Source: Kudoa neothunni (Eukaryota > Animalia > Cnidaria). Taken from it: 64,000 nt of DNA. Shown here piece after piece: positions 54,783 through 64,000 of this stretch. The notes below the pieces were generated by a model, which searched no databases, was not told where the DNA came from, and saw only the letters and a program-made list of their open reading frames with translations. Location of the stretch: the NCBI GenBank assembly GCA_964304625.1, contig OZ199840.1, forward strand, positions 6,064,784 to 6,128,783, given 5' to 3'. Numbering within the stretch: position 1 is the first letter of the stretch; every line of letters begins with the position of its first letter. Position numbers and translations under genes: made by a program.

Positions 54783-57700
54783 TTATGGTAAACCAATTCC
54801 ATTTAGGAAGGCATCATCTGAAGGTTTTCTGCCTAAAAAGTCAACCAACATATCCATACCATCCTAAGTTATCAAGTATGAGTTAGGTGTATGTGAATTT
54901 GGGTGGTAAATTACTTTTGAACCTCCAGGACTGAGTATACACTTCTGTAGAGAAGACCGGCGGTAGAATCAGTAGGGTTAGCTTTGAAGCGAGACGCATA
55001 CATATCAGCCGAATACACTTGACTCCACTGAAATTAGGGAATATATTAGAAGATAAACCTCATAAAAAATCTCAAATTACCAAATAACCATAATATCTTG
55101 CATCATAACCCCCAGTCAGATGACCAAACGAAGCACTAAAGTTGGTTCCTTCCATAGGTTTGATTCCCCAGTAATTGGTCAAAGCATCTTCCACCTCTTT
55201 ACGACTATCAATCTACGTAGGATTTGTGTTCCAATTGATAAAAACCACGATAAATTTAATACGTGATCTTTTGAGTGAATTGATTGATCAAGCTTCGAAA
55301 ATGAAATCTACATAACAGGAATTTTTAAAAATCCCACTAAATAACCAATACCTGTCTCAAATAGTAAAGTGCAGCATTAGCCTTTTTGCTTTCGATCAGT
55401 CGATCAATGAGTTCATCCGACATTGGTTCGTGGGCTAAAAATTTATCTTATCTACTAACTTAGTAAGAAAATCCATACTTTTATGATGACTGGAAAGAGA
55501 CTTCAAAACTGATTTATCCCAAACCCAATTTTCCAACATTTGAGAAGGGGCTCAACAAAATCTCTTTCGACACTCGTACCGCTACAAAAATATAAATGCC
55601 CCAATCATTTTTCTACCTGAACATAGCGAAACGACTTGAACTACACATGGTGTGCATTACAAGTCCAAATTCATGGAAAAATGTCTCCACTTAAAAAATA
55701 TTCCATATATATTTTAAGTTTTAAAAACAGCTGAGATTCCGTAAATTCAAAGGTTTGTGTACATACTTCGCTGTGGGTGAATAGAACAGGTTTGTTGGGA
55801 AGTGGTTTTGTAAAATTCGCTACCATGGCAGATACACCGGGCTAAACAAACAGATCACCACTTAGAAATGACACACTATAACCACTTGGTATTCGCCATT
55901 CGGGAGCATACAACGATGTTGAATGGTGAAACAAGCTGCATGACTATATTTGTTAGGTCTAGGAAATAGATCCAAATAGAAATAGCCCAAGAGTTGGCCT
56001 TTGTTTTCGCTTGAAGGACAGTCTTCAATAACGGCATATAAGGAAACATCAGAGTGCCAAGTTGGTGCTCCTTCAACCTTTTGCAAATTTTAGTTTTAAT
56101 AAATCCTAAATTGTTGATTAAAAAAATTGAATAATGTTTTATAATGTTATTGTTTAGTTTTTGGGGGGTGACTTCAAGCTTTAATAGGGAGAATCCACCA
56201 TAGCTCAACAGAATTTATATTAAAATTATTCTGACACTTATTTCACTTGATAAAATCGATCGACTGAGAGCATAAGCTTGATTTTATATTATTAATTTCT
56301 CCCCGATAAATTAGAGAATAATTATTCATCAAAATAAATCATTCAAAACTATTTCAAAACTTTTCTCTCTGATTTAAATACTTAACACTAAAATAATCGT
56401 GATATCATTGATTAATTAAATATGAATATATTATAGAAATAAAACTTCAGAGAACAATTTTTTCGATTAAAAAAGACTAAACTTGAATTCCAATAAAGTA
56501 ATTTACTAAAAAAACCAATAAAAATTATTATACAATCATAAAATGTTTACATAGTTTATATTTAAACGTTCCTTTACAAAACAAATAATCCTTTCTTAAA
56601 TTTTAAATTTCCCCTTTCCATATTTATTTTAACTATTAAAATAAAAGATGCAAATCGTTTGATCACGTGTAAAATGTTATAACTACTAAATTAAGTTGAG
56701 AAGTTATTTTCTATGTAAAACTCATCCATTTTATCAGAAACAATAAGGTAGATATAATTCTACTATATTTTAATTCAATAAATGAAAAAATTACTATCTC
56801 ACGAAATAAATTTAAACAAAGCAAAGCTTCCTATTGCGTTATGTAAAATTTAATCTAAAATTCTAAATTAAATAATTGAAATTGTACTTTACAAAAATAA
56901 CTATGAATAAAAATATTATTTGTTCTATAAAATATCCAATTATTAAAAAATGTCGATGGCTCATAAAATATTCATAATATCTATTAGTAAATTCAATAAA
57001 ATTTTCTTCAATTTTTATAACTTCAAATACAGGGAAATGAAAGGTCAAAATCTCAATTTTCAATAAATTCACAAAAGTATTCCAAGATTTTAACAAAAGA
57101 TAAAAAGGTAATTAATTTACATAAATTCAATTTCAGCAATAATTAATAGAAAGCTACAACCTTGAGATTGATAATGGTAAAATGTCATACACTGTAAGTT
57201 TCTTAAAGCTATGTTCTTCATAAAAAATCCGTCGAATAAGAGTCCATGAAAAAAACATTAATGCTTCAAAAATTATACTTCCAATAATTTAACGAATCAA
57301 TTAGCCAAATAATGAAATTCAAATAATAGATAACAATTTATTAAATAAAATACTCTAGAAGAGAAATAAAATTTAATCTATTTAACTCATTACTGAAGAC
57401 TATTCCAATCGTACATTTGCATCAAATATATATATATATATATATACATGTACTTACTTATAATAAATTAATAATTCCAAAAGAAAAAAAATCATGTTCA
57501 TTTATTACGTAGAAAATAAATCTAATTAAATAGATATTTTACAAGATTTTGCGGAAATAAACGTATATACAGTGTGTTAGAGAAACCATAAGGATCGAGC
57601 ATAATTCATAACCACCCTCATCATTAAATCATTCACACTTATTTAGCAAGATATGCCAAAAAAATTCAAGTAATTTTACATCAATAATTAAAAACCTGAT

Positions 57701-59247
57701 TTTCCTTTTAACACAACAAAATTATATAAGTTTATTGCCTACTTCAATTATCGTTTGACCGTAAATTTATTTTATAACTTAAACTAAACCCCTCAACAAT
57801 AAAACCTTACCTGATAAAGTTGGTAAATTTTCTCGGAAACTTTACCGAAATCAAATATTTCCTTGATTTTATCATGATCCACACAGTAGTCAAGTTTGGA
57901 AACAAGGTTGGTGTAATAACTGTAATCCACGAATTGATTTTTCCATCAAATGGGATATTCCTAGATTGGCACTAAACGAAATAAATGTATTTTATAATTT
58001 ATAAAATTAAATTGATACATCCTCTTTTTTAATTTCTATCAATCGATTGATTTCATTTTGTTGCAACGGTCTCAACTTGTTCACTAACGAATCCAAAAAC
58101 TTTTCGACAGTTTCAGGAGTTTTCGCCATAAGTTTCTTTTTTAAAAACACACTTAGAATTCGCCTAATAAACCAAATATTTACTTCAATTGAATATTGGG
58201 CGTGTGTGTCGTAACCAAGCAATCGAGCTTTCTGAGTGAATGAACCTCACAAACTCATACACGATAAATGACTACTTTGTGTCGCAAGGCAACTATTTTT
58301 TCAAGAATTTCAGTATTTTGGCTGATACACCGAGAGTTGAAATGAAAATTGACCGATTTTCTAGTGGATTCCACTTGGCAGTATTCATAATTGGAACAAC
58401 ATGAGGATATTTTAGTGTGACCTTTCGTTTACCATTCCCGTCCATTTCTAAACATTCCAACAAATCCATGGATATACCAACTAAACAAAAAGATGTTAGT
58501 ACGACTTAAAAAACAACAATCAAATAAACCTAATTCACTATCATCAAAGTGAAGAACAGTATTCTCAGTGTTGATATTGTTGTTGAATGTAATACAAAGA
58601 TTTTGAATTTCTTTCATCAATTCTTCAACATTTTTCCTGGTTGATTCATCGAGATGTAGACCTCTTCTTCGACCATCCAATATCCATCGATCTAGAAGTC
58701 GTTTTTCTTCTCCTTCCAGGTTGGGGTTGGCTTTCTGTTGATAGTTGGAACGAAATAAATAGAATACTCAGTTAAGTAAACTTACTTGGCATTGCACAAT
58801 TTTGTCAAACATTTGTTTACACATTCTAATATATGTAGTTACAGCGATATAGCTATTCGAATGGGAATTCATACGACAGTTTCACAACAAAATCTGTAAG
58901 ATCTTTATCACTGTCAGTAGATGCCTTGCGTTGATTTTTCATCCGGTGAAACATATTGAAAAAACTCGATGTATGATGAGGTATCCATAAAAGTGATATC
59001 ACCATATGATGATGGCTACACAAACAACAGTAAACAACTACAGAAAAAACTAATTTCGCACCAAAACAATATCCTCAAATTTAGTGTTTTCTGATGGTAA
59101 GTTGAGTATGCTGTCATGCAAAGATTGAGTGGAAGTTTTCAGTGTATTTGTCATTGTTACTATTTGTTCACCACTCTCGGTCCATTTATGTCGTCCACAA
59201 TATTTCTCAAAATTACGCAACAACACATCATTCTCAACTAAAGTCAT
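54783..59247 (-). CDS. THOP1: Thimet oligopeptidase/neurolysin (peptidase M3A); frameshifted as assembled
   Basis: [114 protein letters not shown]. Requires seven 1-nt corrections. One 1.7-kb intron (about 56108-57810). Confidence 0.9.
57426..57446. repeat. (AT)n microsatellite in the long THOP1 intron
   Basis: An alternating AT run is directly visible. Confidence 0.85.
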
Positions 59248-60851
59248 TTTGGTCCCTTATAACAAGAATTTAGATCGACTATGCGGCATCAAGCAACCCC
59301 AAGGGTCTCACTTTTGAATGCAAATGCAACAGTTTGACAGCTCGATAATGTGCCAGAGATTAATCTTCGCATACAAATGAATACGTATGCATGCGTCCTT
59401 CGCACAAACGCACATGGCGGTCGACTTGTATAATTTAGCGATATTTATCGTAGTGGATATTAACTATTTTTCAAGTATTTAAATTGTTCTACATTACGAA
59501 ATGTTTCAATAACTTTATCGTTGTTTATTTCTAATTTACCACAAAAAATAAACACTTCCTCCATAAAAATTAATATCTATTTATTCAGTTGGTTGATCCA
59601 CATCTAAATAGTTTTTTGAGAATATGAAAGAAAAAACGCGAATATTTTATTTACAGGATTGATGTGAAAGATATCGCATGATGCTGTCAATATACCCTCT
59701 AATTTCAATAGTAAATGTTGTTCGATGAGTCAAAGTTTTAAATATGTTTATTAAAAATTTTACTAAACGTTTAAATTCCTTTTTATGACAGGGTAGAATT
59801 TATTTGTCAGTAACATCGACGTATGTGTGACACCTTTAGTTAACCAGCTTAATTTTTTAACTGAATACAAAAACATTTAATTTTTATACTATTACGTTAA
59901 ATCTTTTAATACATAAAAAGAGAGGTCTCGTCGACATATAAAAATTCTAATAACTTTTGAGGTAGTTTTCGCTAGATTTAATCTACCTATACATTACGAG
60001 CAAAAATCAACAAACAGTAATCATTGAGGAAAGGGTTATATTGACAAGGTAAATAATATTCAGGGCCCACTAGTTTTGATTATATTTAAATACTTCAAGC
60101 ATCTAAGAACAGAAAGGCGGTCTAGAAATAATTAACTTTAACAGATTCTAAAAAATTTAATCTGTATACAGTTTGCGAGTAAGAGTTGCTTAGATTAAAA
60201 ATTTCGAATGCGCAAGCGTACACGCCGTTTAGGATTAAATTTTACCTTGTCGGTAGCCTCAGCCTCCTAAAATTTGAGTGGAACCACTAAGCTTTTGATG
60301 TATTATAACCATATTGCCCTGGCGATTACATATTATTAATTCTTTTTCTACAAGAATAAGAATTTATACTTTATGCAGCCATCAGCCGATTAATTCTAGT
60401 AAATGTTTAATTTTACCAATAAAAATTAATTATTTGACGAAATGCATGAGTCATTAGCATAAATTGCCCCATAAATATCACATTATTCTAATTTACGTAT
60501 GTAGGATTAATGTTCAGGCTAACTATAATCATTTAATGGAAAATGTTGCCATTGTTCTTCAATTCAACCGCACAAATAACCTCTACCCTTTTTAAATGAT
60601 AATGTTTCATTTTATAATAATTCTAGAATACGATTTAAAGTATTTTATCAATCTAAATTTTGTAAAAATAAATTGAGTAACTTTGCTAAGAATCAAAAAT
60701 TGATCCAACAAAGTTTCTGTCGTATTATAATGGATCTTTAAAATAAACCTCAAATTTATCTTGGAAACAGGTAGAAATTAAAATAAAATTCTTTATGATT
60801 AAATTGATTCAAAATTTAAAATTACGCGATTGAATACTCCCTCCTCCCGTT

Positions 60852-62305
60852 CAGGGTTGCTAGAGTTGGTACGTTTTCGCCCTAAATAAAGGTATTGGCA
60901 CTTTCGGTACGACTTCGACGCAAGTTGGTACGTTTTAAGGTCAATGAGTTTCGAGATAGAATTATTATAAGCGCATGCCACATATAAGATAATGTGTTAG
61001 AAGACCTGGCACAAAGTATCCACTCATATTCCTCAAATAGCTCAAAACGTCAAAATAAATATAACGGATTACAATAATTATTCGGCATCGAGCATCCGAC
61101 CATATTGTATCTGCCGCATAAGATGGCCGTCTCTTGAGCAAACTATTTATAAAATATTGGACGAATGGACAATTCTAACAACGTTTCTCAAGGTTGGACC
61201 ATAAGAAAACAGGGCTAAACCCGTATCTAAAATATTTGCACCTCTATTTAAACTCATACATAGAATGTACTATACATTCTAACTTTTCTTACTCATAATC
61301 GATAAATTCGAAATTAAATTACAAGGTGAGAGTTTAGAGTACATAATCTATGGAATTCCTTTGAAAATCTTATGAAAATGATATGTAATTATTTGTTGAA
61401 AAGTCTGATCAAAAATAACACCTTCTAGAGCTTAAATTTTAAATTCCCCTTAAATTATATTCATCCGGATAAGTTTTATTACAAGTCAAAAGTAGAATCA
61501 GTTTAGAATGAAAATACTACCATAATAAATATTCAAGATTGTGTTTACTTTCTTACCAAAACTCTAGATTTCCATTTATTTACGGACGAAATAGATGCTT
61601 CAAAGGTTTTTAAGCGTCGCAAAATTTATACCTATACGGTTACTTGAACCAATGCATCCTGCAAATGTTAATGAAGGAAAACCCCACTCCATTATACCCC
61701 TCTCAATGAGATTTCCAAATATTATTGTTGAAGATGAATATTTTAAATTTGGGCAATGAATAGATAGAACTTAGCCTGCAAAATAACCATCATTCATTGA
61801 AAGAGACCCGAAGAAATATTGTTACGCGGTCACAAATGAAAGAAGAGGAGAAATATTTAAGTATCGATTGCTGTCAAAATTAATGCTGTCTTTATTTGCT
61901 ATGCCTTGTTCGCCTGGATCTGCTGGCGATCTATTTTTATTAATGAATAAAAACAAATTTGAAAACAGATTTATATTGGAAGATGAAACAATAATTGCTC
62001 TACAATACATTAAATGTTTACTGAGAGACGTCAGTCGCACGAGGTAGAATCCATATATATGACCAATTAACTAAAATGATGGAAAAAATAAATCTACATG
62101 ATGAGAAAGATAATGATAGTAAATTAATATTTTGATATATAAATAGATCCTATCAATTATTTTTTCTGTTTCGATTAGTTTAATGTTGCTGGAATTATAT
62201 TGTTTGTATTATTTTTAAAAAATGGTACTATTATAAAATTTTAGTACAATTTTAAATTTCTTGGTATTATTTGGTACGATTTACAAAAATCGTCTGGCAA
62301 CCCTG
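60852..62305 (+). mobile_element. Internally deleted hAT element retaining the dimerisation domain
   Basis: TIRs CAGGGTTGCTAGA and TCTGGCAACCCTG, with subterminal TTGGTAC repeats at both ends. KYRLLSKLMLSLFAMPCSPGSAGDLFLLMNKNK....ILEDETIIALQYIK resembles the hAT C-terminal dimerisation motif. The TSD is degenerate. Confidence 0.8.
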
Positions 62306-62919
62306 CCTCTATTATTTTAACTCTAGTGATCATTCGCGTTGGGGCGTGCGGTGCGCAAGGAGATATATTCTCTAACAAAATTAGATATAGAACTTAATTA
62401 TTAACGCGTGGCACAACATTTTATTTTACTATGAAATAATGCCTGTTAATATCGTCTTGAATGACGATTTAGTTATGTTTTATTCTTTCTTTAACAATGG
62501 ATATATCTGACGCAAGCGTCGTAATTAACCGGCCTTCGCAGGTTTTTTTCGCATCTTTAAAATAATCGTTTTTTAGAAATGACACTACGTAGAAATATTC
62601 GCTGTGTAGGATTTTGTGACTCTCACGTTGAGTTTTAAACGAGTCCATAATTTGATTTATCTAACATAAGACTATAGTACGAGGGATGTCTGGGCTTGGA
62701 TTTTTTTTATTTCAGCCTGGGGTTTTGACCGCCATTATCGGGTTTCCTTTAATCTTCCGAGTGCTTTGGTGCTTAATAGACTCCAAAGCATTTTGTGATA
62801 AGGATTTTTTGTACTTGTTGGAATCAAACACGATTTATATCCCGTATAATCTACTAAAATATACACATGAATATTAAAATCGGTTATTTTATAAAAGATT
62901 AAAGTTTAAGGGAAATAAA

Positions 62920-64000
62920 GTAGACTTTATACACTTTGTACTTTTGGTGGCCTATTAGACCCCACAATTTTATAGGCTTCAACAACTGTAAAAATTATTT
63001 TGTACATCTTATCAAAATTAAAACAGATTCTATCTCACAGATTAAGAGAAAATAAGTAAGCAAGTATCGGTGATGTTCCGCGAGAAATACCGAGAACATC
63101 TATAGAAATACGAGCGCCTCTGATGATATAAATTATGAAAATTACGAAAGCGATGACAACAAATCCATTAATATATTACAATGTAATCATAATTTTTCAG
63201 AACATTTCGAATTCTATGATAGTGGTGTTGACTCACCTAATATATATGCAGACAAAATTGGCGTAATGTGTTCGATTGAAGTTCTGAAAACCTCAAAGTG
63301 TACACAGAAAATATTGTAAACGATGCCCCTGGTGTTACAGCTTATTTAACTCGTAGAATACAGGAATTTGCGGAATGCTCAGATATACTTTTTCGTGGCG
63401 GCGTTTATGAAACCTTAATATGGGATACAAATACATTTGGTTTATATCATTACAGTCGTTGTTGGAAACAGTTTTTAAATCAAAAATGTTTGGGCCCACA
63501 TAGGTGTACCGATTTATATGATAATATTGAAATCACGATTGGAGGTTTTTAAAAACATTTTGGAATAAGGATAAAAAGTAGAGAAATATTTCAAAATGTC
63601 ATGTTTTTGAGAGATTGATTCAAATTACGAAGACTCTCCTTTCTGGCTATTTTGCGAACACAACCGATAAAACAAACTGATGACTTTTTCTTAATACCCT
63701 GTTCAAATTTAACAGCTGCTGATCAGTTGATTACTTATGGAAGGAAATATCCTTCCATACGATACATGCCTTATAAACCAACAGTCTACGGAATCAAATT
63801 ATTCTGGGTTGTTGACACATTAACTACCTTTTTCCGTAATACTTCTGTCAACCCGGGTAAACAAAATAACCAAAAAGCTAAATGTTTTGGAGAAAATATT
63901 GTTTTAGACCTTGTGTCATACCTATAAACAATAATCGAAGAACAACGAATTCATACATCCTTTATTTAGGGCTTTATTGTGAAAAATCTCTCAGTTTCTT
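62920..64000 (+). mobile_element. piggyBac (PGBD4-like) transposase pseudogene, runs off the window
   Basis: NLTAADQLITYGRKYPSIRYMPYKPTVYGIKLFWVVD...GENIVLDL is the piggyBac first catalytic region. The subterminal motif at about 62920-62965 resembles that at about 51960-52005. Confidence 0.85.

Noticed and set aside
3629-59247. Alternative genetic code or non-canonical (U12/AT-AC) introns
   Set aside because: The conserved genes translate with the standard code, use TAA, TAG and TGA as stops, and the introns checked are GT-AG.
4491-64000. Most remaining short ORF-track entries (antisense or intron read-through ORFs with TTG/GTG starts)
   Set aside because: They are shadows of spliced genes or AT-rich random ORFs. 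The bacterial-style ORF track is not appropriate for this intron-rich sequence.

Overview
AT-rich eukaryotic (metazoan) genomic DNA. Compact gene islands with very short GT-AG introns (mostly about 35-75 bp) alternate with tracts of decayed DNA transposons (piggyBac, mariner, pogo/Tigger, hAT, MITEs). The proteins are highly divergent. This fits a fast-evolving, probably parasitic animal such as a myxozoan cnidarian, but the taxon is an inference. Manual splicing recovers CRIPT (missed by the ORF track) head-to-head with MFAP1, a Brachyury-subfamily T-box gene, an extended-Tudor gene, Caspr/Neurexin IV, LTO1/ORAOV1, a ZO-1-like MAGUK, ANP32 and a thimet oligopeptidase/neurolysin gene. It also recovers several small spliced orphan genes. 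Highlights: (1) a tandem pair of tiny single-pass membrane proteins, each with PPxY-type motifs and the same intron position, which are candidate lineage-specific Nedd4 adaptors; (2) an M3 peptidase gene with seven 1-nt indels and HEFGH changed to HEFGL; (3) a CATGCGCA (NRF1-like) motif sitting just upstream of several start codons. All gene models were derived by eye and need RNA-seq confirmation.
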